Notes: generated by a model not told the origin, from the letters alone. A stretch of 64,000 bases of DNA from an uncultured Rhodobacteraceae bacterium (GCA_937907485.1 CALESR010000270.1:3200-67199), one strand, 5' to 3'; positions 39,467 through 48,130 are shown, numbered from the stretch's first letter. Numbers and translations: made by a program.

Positions 39467-40656
39467 GTCGGCGCTCCGGTTTTCTGGGCCATGTAGTGAC
39501 TCAGCAGGGTGTTGTCGGGCTCGGACAGGGCCGTGTCGAACAGCACCAGCCCGTGAATCCGCCCGGCAAAGCGCAATCCGCCGTCCGTGCGTTGCCCCAG
39601 ATGCAACTCGCGGGCGTTTCTCCAATGTGCCGCCACGGTGCCGCTGCTCGCGCTTGAAGCAAGGTCCGCGCCGCCTGACACCTGCAACGCCGCCAGATGG
39701 GGCGCGGCGACCGAAGCCCGCAGCAGCGCGGCGGCGGCAACCGGCGCGGCGGTGGCACTGTTTGTCACAGAGACCGGCGTCCCGTTGTTTACCGTTAGGG
39801 CGATCTGCGGCAACCCGGCCGTCGCCGGAGCATCCAGCGCCATCGTTGGTTCGGCGCCGCCAAGGTCCAGAACTCGCGCTGCCACGCCATCGTCGGGCTT
39901 GTAAAGACCCGCGGCGCCGGTCAGGGCCGCGCCCGATGACAGGTCCAAACGTCGCACGATCAGCCGGTCATCTATCCCGTCAAAGGACAACGAAGGCAGG
40001 CCGCCCGCGAGGCTGTAAACCGGACGCGCGGCCAGCACGGGTTGCGTGGCATGGGCGCCGGGCAACTCGCGCACCGAGAGCCCGGCCTTCAGCGAGGTGA
40101 CCCCGCCACTCGACGGGGTATAGCAACGCAACGACAGGTCTGCCGGGAAGACCGCCAGAAACCGGTGTGTGCCGTTGCCGCTGAACACCGGGCTATAGCC
40201 GCTGCCATGCCATAACCGGATACCGCCCGAGACATAGTCGCTGATGGTGATCGTCACCTCGACGCTCGCACTGGTCTGATAGGGCGACCCATTGGCGGCC
40301 GTCAGCAACAGCCCGTTGCTGCCTGCGGGCACTGCATCGAAGGTTACGATGCCCCCGGCGACCGACACGCCACTGGCAAAGCTGCTCCAGGTTCCGGAGC
40401 CAAAACCCGAGGGCATCAACTCGGCACCCCGAGCCAGCGCATGCGACTTGTCGAGCGCCAGTGCTACGAGATCACCGGGCGTGGTGGCTGGCGTCGTGCC
40501 TGCAAGATCGGTGAACAGCGTCGCTGCATCCGAGGGGTCAATCCAGACCCCGCGGATGCCGGTGGCAAACACCATCGCCGGATCGAGCACTGGCACCGCG
40601 CCGACCCGCCGTCGAAACGGTGCCGAGCAGACCGAAAGGTCGACCACTGTCTTCAT
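39463..40656 (-). CDS. Putative GTA head fibre / phage receptor-binding protein (LamG-like beta-sandwich with inserted module)
   Basis: VWIDPSDAATLFTDLAGTTP...LDKS and ATQ...RPVY...LSFDGIDD motifs of phage-fibre LamG-like domains; Gly/Ser/Thr-rich. ATGA-coupled to the spike base gene. Confidence 0.62.
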   Translation of the reverse strand: MKTVVDLSVCSAPFRRRVGAVPVLDPAMVFATGIRGVWIDPSDAATLFTDLAGTTPATTPGDLVALALDKSHALARGAELMPSGFGSGTWSSFASGVSVAGGIVTFDAVPAGSNGLLLTAANGSPYQTSASVEVTITISDYVSGGIRLWHGSGYSPVFSGNGTHRFLAVFPADLSLRCYTPSSGGVTSLKAGLSVRELPGAHATQPVLAARPVYSLAGGLPSLSFDGIDDRLIVRRLDLSSGAALTGAAGLYKPDDGVAARVLDLGGAEPTMALDAPATAGLPQIALTVNNGTPVSVTNSATAAPVAAAALLRASVAAPHLAALQVSGGADLASSASSGTVAAHWRNARELHLGQRTDGGLRFAGRIHGLVLFDTALSEPDNTLLSHYMAQKTGAPT

Positions 40657-40916
40657 GCCAGCACCAGCGCGTGGATGCCGCTGGCCGTGGTGCCGGTCGC
40701 GTTCACCCGGCGCACGCCGAGCGGCAGGATCGAATGGTCGAGAACCGACAGGCTGCGGGTATTCCCGGCCACCGTAACGATATCCAGCGTGCCGCCGGTT
40801 TCGACATAAAGCGCGATGGCAACATGCGCCAGATCGACCGAGTCGCTGGGCGTGACGGGCAGCGCGTCGGTCGCGGGGCCGGACAGGGCAGCGGAACGAT
40901 GCGAAAAGGGGTTCAT
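40653..40916 (-). CDS. ghsA: GTA head-spike base protein, Rcc01079 family
   Basis: 87 aa: MNPFSHRSAALSGPA...VTPSDSVDL...ALYVETGG.L...ILPLGVRRVNATGTTA.GI.ALV fits the family pattern MxPF...L.xPA...(V/I)TPSD...ATGTTA..I.AL. Confidence 0.8.
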   Translation of the reverse strand: MNPFSHRSAALSGPATDALPVTPSDSVDLAHVAIALYVETGGTLDIVTVAGNTRSLSVLDHSILPLGVRRVNATGTTASGIHALVLA

Positions 40917-41015
40917 GGCAAGTCCTTGTGCTGGGGTGCGCGGCAGCAAGTCGCTGGCCGCATCCGGCACTGTCCGCCAACGGCCTTGCTCTTGCGTGAT
41001 GTGCGCGGACCCGCC

Positions 41016-41031
41016 GTTAAGACTTGGTGAA
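41016..41031 (-). promoter_or_regulatory. CtrA-like box upstream of the spike operon
   Basis: Minus strand reads TTCA-N7-TTAAC, one mismatch to TTAA-N7-TTAAC, about 100 bp upstream of ATG 40916. Confidence 0.42.
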
Positions 41032-41152
41032 CCAGCTTGGCTGCGAAGCTGGCAGGCCGCGCAACGCACCGTCAATTTCCACAGAAGCAGCCCGGCGCAT
41101 CAGGTCGCGGAACAACAAGGCGCGCCTCAATTGCCCCTCGGACGCCACGACA

Positions 41153-41758
41153 TCACCGCAGCCGACGGAAAACCGTCGCCAGGATAAGCCTGAAATCCCA
41201 GCACAAAGTTCGGTTGCGGGCATAGAGGAGGTCGAGATGTGCTTTTCGTGGAATGCAACGCGTCTGATAGACCCGCTCGTTTTCTTCCGGTGTCGTGCAA
41301 TGGCGCAGCAGGAAATCCTCATGCGCATGGAAATAGATCGAAGCCACGCCGGTCACGCCTGGGCGCGATTGCAGGACCTTGCCATAGATCTCGGGGAATC
41401 GCTCGACATAGACCGGCAGCGGCGGGCGAGGGCCGACGAAACTCATGTCCCCCTTGAGTATGTTCCATAGCTGCGGGATTTCGTCGATTCGGGTGCGGCG
41501 CAGAAACGCCCCGGTCCGGGTGATCCGATGCGCCTTGTGGCCACCCGAGGCGGTCGTATCGTTGACCGCCGGGCGCATCGTGCGGAATTTCACCAAGCGA
41601 AAAGTCTTGCGAGGCGCCTTGGCGCGGTCAGAGATGTAAAAAACCGGACGGCCATCAAGCAGGAGGATCGCCACAGCGGTCACGATCATGATCGGCGAGA
41701 AGACGGCGATGGCGATCAGGGCGAAAAGGATGTCGAAAAATCGTTTTGCAGGCGTCAT
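41153..41758 (-). CDS. Priming phosphoglycosyl transferase (bacterial sugar transferase, PglC/WcaJ C-terminal type)
   Basis: KRFFDI, KFRTM, FLRRTRIDEIPQLWNILKGDMSFVGPRP, RPGVTG. Confidence 0.93.
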   Translation of the reverse strand: MTPAKRFFDILFALIAIAVFSPIMIVTAVAILLLDGRPVFYISDRAKAPRKTFRLVKFRTMRPAVNDTTASGGHKAHRITRTGAFLRRTRIDEIPQLWNILKGDMSFVGPRPPLPVYVERFPEIYGKVLQSRPGVTGVASIYFHAHEDFLLRHCTTPEENERVYQTRCIPRKAHLDLLYARNRTLCWDFRLILATVFRRLR

Positions 41759-42010
41759 AATCCCATTCCTTTCGTAACCACCTGTCCTGTTTCTGGTGGC
41801 GACGGAAAACTTCGTCCTTCATCACCTCGCGGCGGAAGGTTCGCGCTCAAGCCTCGCTTATCCCTGATCCAACCCGGCAAGCCAAGAGCACGGTGAGCCC
41901 CCAAGCGCGGCGCACCCAAGCCTGATCCGTTCCGGGGTCTGGGCGAGGTGAAAGCCGAACAGTCTCGCTCCGCCAAACGAGGCAAACCCGTTGAGGGAAG
42001 ACCAATGCTC

Positions 42011-42028
42011 ATATGGCGGATGGGGTGG
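42011..42028. repeat. att core copy (duplicated tRNA-Ser 3' end)
   Basis: Identical to 48711-48728. Confidence 0.93.
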
Positions 42029-42153
42029 CCGCCATGAAAGCGATTTATCCGTTAGCAATCAATAGCATAATGGCGAAACTCGCCTAGTTTCCTTGGCCAT
42101 ACCACACAAGCCGGTATGCAGCCTTGCGCGATTCGGTGCATCTGGTTACTCTA

Positions 42154-42166
42154 TCTTTGTGGGGTA
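42154..42166. repeat. Probable integrase arm-type site
   Basis: TCTTTGTGGGGTA also occurs at 48658-48670, near the other att; related TGTGGGGTT at 48650-48658. Confidence 0.55.
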
Positions 42167-42184
42167 GTAAGAAGGGCACCAGAC

Positions 42185-43474
42185 ATGCCGAGGATTGCCG
42201 AAGAATTGACCGCGCTGGACGTCAAGCGGCTGGCGCATCCCGGCGGAGCCAACAATGCCCTGTTTGCGGTGGGGGGCGTGCCGGGGCTTCACATGCAGAT
42301 TACCCCAATGGGCGGGCGCACCTGGATATTGCGCGTCAAGGTGGGGATAAAGCGGCGCGATATCGGGCTGGGCGGCTTTCCCGCTGTGACCCTATCGCAG
42401 GCCCGCGACAAGGCCCGCGACGCCCGCGCCAAGATCGAGCAAGGCATTGACCCGGTCGAGGTGCGCAAAGCCGCCAAAGCCGCGCTGATTGCCTCACAGC
42501 GCCGGGGCCTGACCTTTGCGCAGGCGGTCGAGCGCTACCTTGCCGCCAAGATGGAGGCGCACAAGAACGCCAAGCACCGCCAGCAATGGGCCAACACGCT
42601 GGCCACCTATGCCACCCCGGAACTGGGCGCGCTTCTGGTGCAGGATATCCAAACGCAGGACATTCTGCGCGCGTTGCAGCCGATCTGGGTCGACAAGACC
42701 GAAACCGCCAGCCGGGTTCGCGGGCGCATCGAGGCGGTCCTGTCATGGGCAACCGTGGCCGGGCACCGGACGGGCGACAACCCAGCGCGCTGGTCTGGCA
42801 ACCTGAAAGAACTGTTGCCCGTGCCGTCCAAGGTCGCCAAGGAAGGCCACCATCCCGCCGTCACGATTGACGAAGCGCCGCGCTGGTTTGCCGCCTTGCA
42901 GGGCCGCGACGGGTTCGGGGCGCGGGCGCTGGAGTTTGCCGCGTTGACCGCGACTCGGTCCAAGGAAGTGCGCGGCGCGCCTTGGGATGAGATCGATCTG
43001 GACAAGGGGCTGTGGATAGTCCCCGCTGTGCGGATGAAAGGGGGCAAGGAACACCGCGTCCCCCTGTCCCCGCGCGCGCTGTCGTTGCTGCGCGCGCTGC
43101 CCCGGATCGAGGGCAACCCGCTGGTGTTTCCGGCGGCGCGCGGCGGGCAACTGTCCGACATGACCCTGTCGGCCACCATGAAGCGGATGCACGAGGCCGA
43201 GGTGGCCGAGGGCGGCGCGGGTTACCTTGACCGCACGTCCAAGCGCCCCGCCGTGCCGCATGGCCTGCGCAGCACCTTCCGCGACTGGGTGGCCGAGCGG
43301 ACGCAATACCCCGGCGACATGGCCGAGGTCGCGCTGGCGCACAAAATCAGCAACGCCGTTGAGGCCAGCTATCGGCGCGGCGACATGATCGAAAAGCGCC
43401 GCCGGATGATGGCGGATTGGGCGGATTATCTGGGCGGCACGGCGAAGGCCGGGCAGGTTGTGAGGATCGGGTGA
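42185..43474 (+). CDS. P4-type tyrosine integrase with arm-binding domain
   Basis: N-terminal arm-binding domain (GLHMQITPMGGRTW, LGGFPAVTLSQAR); catalytic R (TRSKEVRG), K (MKGGKEH), HGLR, LAH and Y (ASYRRG). Confidence 0.96.
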   Translation: MPRIAEELTALDVKRLAHPGGANNALFAVGGVPGLHMQITPMGGRTWILRVKVGIKRRDIGLGGFPAVTLSQARDKARDARAKIEQGIDPVEVRKAAKAALIASQRRGLTFAQAVERYLAAKMEAHKNAKHRQQWANTLATYATPELGALLVQDIQTQDILRALQPIWVDKTETASRVRGRIEAVLSWATVAGHRTGDNPARWSGNLKELLPVPSKVAKEGHHPAVTIDEAPRWFAALQGRDGFGARALEFAALTATRSKEVRGAPWDEIDLDKGLWIVPAVRMKGGKEHRVPLSPRALSLLRALPRIEGNPLVFPAARGGQLSDMTLSATMKRMHEAEVAEGGAGYLDRTSKRPAVPHGLRSTFRDWVAERTQYPGDMAEVALAHKISNAVEASYRRGDMIEKRRRMMADWADYLGGTAKAGQVVRIG

Positions 43475-44376
43475 TGTGGTGTCCAGAAGGCTACGTTTCT
43501 TGGAATGATGTGGTGAATGAAGTCTTCGAGTTGGCCGAGAAGATTTTGTGCGAAGTCAGTGCCTCGAAATCGCTTGTAGCTTATGAAGACGGACCGACAA
43601 CTCCCCGTCATATTCACTCAGCAAGTTACTATCTTATTCGTGGCGGGTTTGCTGAAGACTATGCAGAGGCGGATTTCATTGTAGGGCTAACGGCAACATA
43701 CCTCTTGAGTCATTTTCTTGAGCACTTTCCGCCACTACTAGCCAATATCGCTGGTCCAATCATTCAAGCAAGTCCAGAAGTCTTTCTTCACAAGGATCGC
43801 CTCGACCTCTGCACATATTCTTGGCCAATAAGAAGTGACCCACAATTTCAGGCGCTGTTCACTTATGCAAAGGAAGGGCGAATCTCAACGAAGACACTTC
43901 TTGATCGATTCGCGTTCATCGATCCGATTTCAGGGCAAATTTGTCGCAAGAATGGTGACATAAACTTTCTCGCTAACTTCACCTCAATGGATGAAATGGA
44001 TGCTTACAGACTTGCTGAGTTTGTCCGCAATGTGTCCGAATCCGTCGTCTGCTGGCCTGCATTTCCCGATTCAAATGATATACGAGACTTTCTAGACGGT
44101 CTTGGCTGGGACGAAAAAATCTCGGCGAAGCTAAATGACGTTCTTGGAGGCGAAACCGATTCCCCTACGACAGGCGAAAAACTGATGAGAGGAAGGCCTG
44201 ACAAGAAGGCCGCTGCTGCTAAGGTCTACTTTGATATCTTTCCAGATGGGCATGAAGCCTGCGGCAAGACATGGAAGCAAGCCCTTCAAGAAGTTGAAAG
44301 TCGCCTAGGAAGGTCAGTATCGGAAGTCACCCTCAAAAGGGGCGTTGGTCAATTACGGGGACGAGCACCTCAATAA
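43474..44376 (+). CDS. Hypothetical protein, AT-rich, with C-terminal GRP-led HTH-like segment
   Basis: Long ORF with visibly lower GC than its flanks; overlaps the integrase stop; C-terminal RGRPDKK...TWKQALQEV...SVSEVTLKR. Confidence 0.7.
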   Translation: MWCPEGYVSWNDVVNEVFELAEKILCEVSASKSLVAYEDGPTTPRHIHSASYYLIRGGFAEDYAEADFIVGLTATYLLSHFLEHFPPLLANIAGPIIQASPEVFLHKDRLDLCTYSWPIRSDPQFQALFTYAKEGRISTKTLLDRFAFIDPISGQICRKNGDINFLANFTSMDEMDAYRLAEFVRNVSESVVCWPAFPDSNDIRDFLDGLGWDEKISAKLNDVLGGETDSPTTGEKLMRGRPDKKAAAAKVYFDIFPDGHEACGKTWKQALQEVESRLGRSVSEVTLKRGVGQLRGRAPQ

Positions 44377-44476
44377 TCGCAAAAACCATTTTGAACTTTG
44401 CGAGATTTCTGAGTAGCTGCCGCTACGTGTCGGATTGGGCCACGATGCGATCCATGGCAACCGCATGGAGTAGCAA

Positions 44477-44665
44477 ATGCCTGCAACCTATCTCACTGAC
44501 CGCCAGCTTGGCGCCCGCTGGGGCGTTCACCATCTGACCATCCGTCGCTGGCAACGCACCGATCCCGAATTTCCCCGCCCGGTGAAACTGACACCCGGCT
44601 GCACCCGCTGGAAACTGTCGGAAATCGAGGCTTGGGAAGCGTCCAAAGCCCAAACCGCCGCATAA
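44477..44665 (+). CDS. alpA: AlpA-family excisionase/regulator
   Basis: 62 aa: YLTDRQLGARWGVH..TIRRW...FPRPVKL..GCTRWKLSEIEAW. Confidence 0.88.
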   Translation: MPATYLTDRQLGARWGVHHLTIRRWQRTDPEFPRPVKLTPGCTRWKLSEIEAWEASKAQTAA

Positions 44666-44771
44666 ACGAAACCGCCACCCGGCGGGGCGGCGGCGCATTC
44701 GTTTTGGGGCATTTGGACTGCCTGAACAATAGCACCACCCTGCCTTGGCATCAATGCTCAAGGTATTGAAC

Positions 44772-45062
44772 ATGACCAAACAAGACCACTGGTTTTCCAA
44801 CCCCACTCAGGTGTTCTGGTGTTGCAAAGCCCTGATCGATGGCCGCTGGATTTCCCACAAGACGGAAATTCGCGAGGTGAACGGATGGCGCCTTGGCGCA
44901 ATCATCCACAATCTGAAATCCAGATACCGCTGGCCGATTGAGGTCGAGTATCGCGGCCCCGAGTGCATCGCCTATTACCGGCTGCGCCCCGGCACCGAGA
45001 TTGCCCGCCTCAAATTCCCGCCCAGCGCCGCCGGGCTTGCGGGCGAGGTATCGGGATGCTGA
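44772..45062 (+). CDS. Small winged-helix-like hypothetical protein
   Basis: ALIDGRWIS..E.....WRLGAIIHNLK..Y.WPI pattern (HTH-like); ATG at 44772. Confidence 0.55.
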   Translation: MTKQDHWFSNPTQVFWCCKALIDGRWISHKTEIREVNGWRLGAIIHNLKSRYRWPIEVEYRGPECIAYYRLRPGTEIARLKFPPSAAGLAGEVSGC

Positions 45063-45163
45063 CCCTGTTGCTCAAGCTGGGGTTTCGCCCCGTTGTCGCG
45101 TCATTGTTGGCCCTTGCCTTCTATACGGTGCTACTCTTGCTCATCTGGTGGGTGATGCCATGA
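45056..45163 (+). CDS. Small single-TM protein
   Basis: 35 aa hydrophobic ORF overlapping both neighbours (ATGA-coupled to Prim-Pol). Confidence 0.45.
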   Translation: MLTLLLKLGFRPVVASLLALAFYTVLLLLIWWVMP

Positions 45164-46272
45164 GCACTCGCGCCCGGCGCCATGATGACGTGCTTCCCGA
45201 TGATTTCCGCAATCAGCTTGCCCGCCTTGCGCGGGCGGGCTTCCCCCTCTTGCCGCTTGGCGGTGGCACCGATGGCAAGGCCCCGCTGGTGAGGGCATGG
45301 GCTGGCCCTGTGTTGCCTTTGGCGCACGTTCTGGCCCCGCTGCACCGATCTGGGGCGCAGGTCTATGGCATCCGGCTGGACGGGCTGGCGGTGATCGATT
45401 GCGACGACGACGACCCCGCGCTTGTTGATGCGATGGAGGCACGTTTCGGCCCGTCCCCGGTGCATGTGAAAACCCCACGCGGGCGCCACCTGTATTATCG
45501 GGCTAGTCGCGCCGAGACGGCGCCAAACCTGCGCGCCGAGGGATTGCCGGTCGATATCAAGACCGGGGCGCGGTCCTATGTCGTGGGGCCGCTGTCTCTC
45601 AGGCCCGATGGAGGCGCCTATGTGGCCGCCAAGGGCGTGCTGGGCATCGATGCCTTGCCAACCCTGCGCGCGCCTCTCAGGCCCGCCCCAGAGGCGCCGG
45701 GCAGGGCACTGTTAATCGGTGAACGCCATGTGAGGCTGGTCAAGGAGGCGGTCGCAATGGTCGAGTTTGTGGACAGCGCCGAGGAACTGGCCGCCAACCT
45801 TGCGGCGGTTCGGGATGACCTTTGCCAAGATGCCGAGAACTTCCCGGATAGTGAGGTGGTCGCCATATCGGGCTGGGCTTGGACGGTGAGACTTGAAAAC
45901 CGGGTTTACCGGGGTCGCCAGAGCGCCTTTTCGGTTCAACGGCTGGCCTTGGACGCGCTGCGCCGATGGGAGAACGGCACCGACGCGCTAGCGATGTATG
46001 TGATGCTGGTCGACCTGCATGGGCATATCCCCGGCAAGCGGTTCGCGCTGGACTTCAAGGCCATGCGGGCGTCCGACCTGACCCGGCTTTCCGTTCCCCG
46101 CCTGCGCGCGGGGCGGCGCACCTTGCAAGCTGTGGGGCTGCTGAGGCTGATGGGCAACCATCGCGCGGGCGCGGTTCACCAGACCTTTGCCTTGGGCAGG
46201 CCTTGCGCCCCTGACGCCGACCCGGACCGCATCGTTCATATTGGCAAACCCGCCCACAAAGGGCAAAGTTGA
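45160..46272 (+). CDS. Bifunctional DNA primase/polymerase (Prim-Pol) replication protein
   Basis: GFPLLPL...KAPLVRAW, YGIRLDGLAVIDCD, VKTPRGRHLYYR, VDIKTGARSYVVGPLS; no Walker A helicase motif seen in the C-terminal part. Confidence 0.85.
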   Translation: MSTRARRHDDVLPDDFRNQLARLARAGFPLLPLGGGTDGKAPLVRAWAGPVLPLAHVLAPLHRSGAQVYGIRLDGLAVIDCDDDDPALVDAMEARFGPSPVHVKTPRGRHLYYRASRAETAPNLRAEGLPVDIKTGARSYVVGPLSLRPDGGAYVAAKGVLGIDALPTLRAPLRPAPEAPGRALLIGERHVRLVKEAVAMVEFVDSAEELAANLAAVRDDLCQDAENFPDSEVVAISGWAWTVRLENRVYRGRQSAFSVQRLALDALRRWENGTDALAMYVMLVDLHGHIPGKRFALDFKAMRASDLTRLSVPRLRAGRRTLQAVGLLRLMGNHRAGAVHQTFALGRPCAPDADPDRIVHIGKPAHKGQS

Positions 46273-46307
46273 CAGGTCACCCGCGAACCGATGCCAAGCC
46301 GCGCCGC

Positions 46308-46336
46308 TGGTGGCCGGGGTGGATTTGAACCCAAGG
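46308..46336 (-). pseudogene. Degenerate tRNA 3'-end-like fragment (possible relic att site)
   Basis: Minus strand reads CCTTGGGTTCAAATCCACCCCGGCCACCA: T-loop GTTCAAATC plus acceptor-like arm ending in CCA; no 5' half visible. Confidence 0.4.
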
Positions 46337-46345
46337 ACGCAGTCC

Positions 46346-47149
46346 ATGAGAGCATTTGTTGTCGCGCTAGCCCTCGCCCTCGCCCCGGTGCCCGGCGTGG
46401 CGCAGGATTTTGAGGCCGGCTTGGCCGCCTTTGTGAATAGCGACTATGCGACAGCCCTGAATGAATGGAGGCCTTTGGCCGAGCAGGGCAACGCTCTGGC
46501 GCAATTCTCCCTTGGCTTCATGTATCACCAAGGCCAAGGCGTGCTGCAGGACCCTGCAGAAGCCGTGCGCTGGACTCGCGCCGCTGCAGAGCAGGGGCAT
46601 GCAGGAGCGCAAGCCAATCTCGGCCTCATGTATCGCCTAGGCCAAGGCGTGCCGCAGGACTTTACAGAGGCCGCGCGCTGGTATCGCGCTGCCGCAGAGC
46701 AAGGCCACGCTGTGGCACAATTAGACCTTGGAGACATCTATCACTATGGCAACGGCGTGCCGCAGGACCATGTCGAGGCCGTGCGCTGGTATCGGCTGGC
46801 CGCCGAGCAGGGCAACGCCGGGGCGCAAGCCAACCTCGGCGAGATGTATAGCATGGGCGTCGGCGTACTGCGGGACTATGCCGAGGCCGCACGCTGGAAT
46901 CGTGCCGCCGCCGAGCAGGGAAATTCCTTCGCGCAAATGAATCTGGGCGCCATGTATGCCGAAGGCTACGGTATGCCACAGGACTATGTTACGGCACATA
47001 TGTGGCTAAACATCGTCGCTAGCACAGGATATCGACCTGCCGTCGCGGCCCGCGAAACTGTTGCCCGCAGAATGACCCTCACTGACATATCCGAGGCGCA
47101 GCGCCGGGCGCGGGTTTGTATGGCGTCCAATTATCAAGATTGCGACTGA
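46346..47149 (+). CDS. Exported Sel1-like repeat protein
   Basis: Signal peptide MRAFVVALALALAPVPGVA|QD; about five 36-aa repeats A(A)EQG.A.AQ..LG.MY..G.GV.QD..EA.RW. Confidence 0.93.
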   Translation: MRAFVVALALALAPVPGVAQDFEAGLAAFVNSDYATALNEWRPLAEQGNALAQFSLGFMYHQGQGVLQDPAEAVRWTRAAAEQGHAGAQANLGLMYRLGQGVPQDFTEAARWYRAAAEQGHAVAQLDLGDIYHYGNGVPQDHVEAVRWYRLAAEQGNAGAQANLGEMYSMGVGVLRDYAEAARWNRAAAEQGNSFAQMNLGAMYAEGYGMPQDYVTAHMWLNIVASTGYRPAVAARETVARRMTLTDISEAQRRARVCMASNYQDCD

Positions 47150-47207
47150 ATGCCGAATGAAGGGCGCAGGGGCGTGGGGAAAGCAGGGGGGAGGGCTAAG
47201 ATTACAT

Positions 47208-47840
47208 ATGACGCCTGAAATCACACCTACAAACCCGCAAGAGGCCTGCCCGATGCCCGATAGCCCCGCACCCGCCAAGGCCCCGCCTGACCGCATAGAC
47301 CGCACCCTCAAGGCCATACGCGACCATGAAACAGCGCCGAGCATGCAACTGTCCATGAGGGACGGCGCGTTGAACATCGGCTATGAATGCGACGACCTGC
47401 AAACCGCGATGCTCTTGCAGATGGCCGACTTGGGCACCGCTGACCGCGACGTTTACGCGGGCCTGACCGGGCAGATAGCCTGCTTGGGCGCGCATGGGCG
47501 CAGTGTGGACAATACCGCGTCCAATTTCGTCATGGGCGTTGTTCGATGCGTGAAGCCGCGCGACGAACTGGAGGCCCTGCTGGCGACGCAGATGGGCGCT
47601 ATTCACGCCGCCAGCATGATGATGGCGCGCAAACTCAATCTGGTGACGACCATCCCGCAACAGGACAGCGCCGAGCGCGCCCTGAACAAGCTGACCCGGA
47701 CCTTTGCCATGCAGATGGAGGCCCTGAAACGCTATCGCACTGGCGGGCACCAGAAGGTCACGGTCGAGCATGTAACGGTGCAAGCTGGCGGGCAGGCCAT
47801 TGTGGGCGCCGTCCAGACGGGGGGCGGGGAGCGCCCATGA
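47208..47840 (+). CDS. Conserved hypothetical protein of alphaproteobacterial integrative elements
   Basis: PRDELEALLATQM...H, KL.RTF..QMEALKRYR.GG.QKVTVEHVTV.AGGQAIVG.V, a pattern recalled from genes preceding HGGxSTG proteins. Confidence 0.65.
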   Translation: MTPEITPTNPQEACPMPDSPAPAKAPPDRIDRTLKAIRDHETAPSMQLSMRDGALNIGYECDDLQTAMLLQMADLGTADRDVYAGLTGQIACLGAHGRSVDNTASNFVMGVVRCVKPRDELEALLATQMGAIHAASMMMARKLNLVTTIPQQDSAERALNKLTRTFAMQMEALKRYRTGGHQKVTVEHVTVQAGGQAIVGAVQTGGGERP

Positions 47841-48130
47841 AATCCGACGACAACCCCATGCGCCCCGTTAAAGACCCCGCCCAGCGCCTCGCCAAAGCCC
47901 CCCGTTGCCGCGCCATGGCCAAGACAACCCGGCACCGCTGCCAAGGCCCCGCTGTGACGGGCTGGCAAGTCTGCCGGATGCACGGCGCAGGCGGCGGCGC
48001 CCCCTCTGGCCCGGCGAATGGCCGCTGGCGTCATGGGGAAAGGTCTAGGTCCGTTGAGGCCATGCGCCGCGAGATTGCCGATCTGGTGGTCGAGGCGCGC
48101 AAGGCCGCGCTGGCGTTGGGGGCGTGTTGA
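47837..48130 (+). CDS. HGGxSTG-domain-like protein (Cys/His-rich, small-terminase-associated family)
   Basis: RCRAMAKTTRHRCQGPAVTGWQVCRMHGAGGGAPSG...NGRWRHG; ATGA-coupled. Confidence 0.72.
   Translation: MKSDDNPMRPVKDPAQRLAKAPRCRAMAKTTRHRCQGPAVTGWQVCRMHGAGGGAPSGPANGRWRHGERSRSVEAMRREIADLVVEARKAALALGAC

Noticed and set aside
39092-40916. Prophage remnant or full GTA cluster
   Set aside because: No terminase, portal, capsid or tail-tube genes; only the spike module is present.
41759-42010. Possible structured ncRNA or small ORF between the sugar transferase and att
   Set aside because: No recognisable tmRNA, 6S, RNase P or riboswitch motif, and the short ORFs have no protein-like signature. 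An Infernal/Rfam scan would settle it.
46480-47000. Regularly spaced ~108-bp DNA repeats resembling an array
   Set aside because: They are the coding repeats of the Sel1 protein; no CRISPR repeat/spacer structure or cas genes anywhere in the window.
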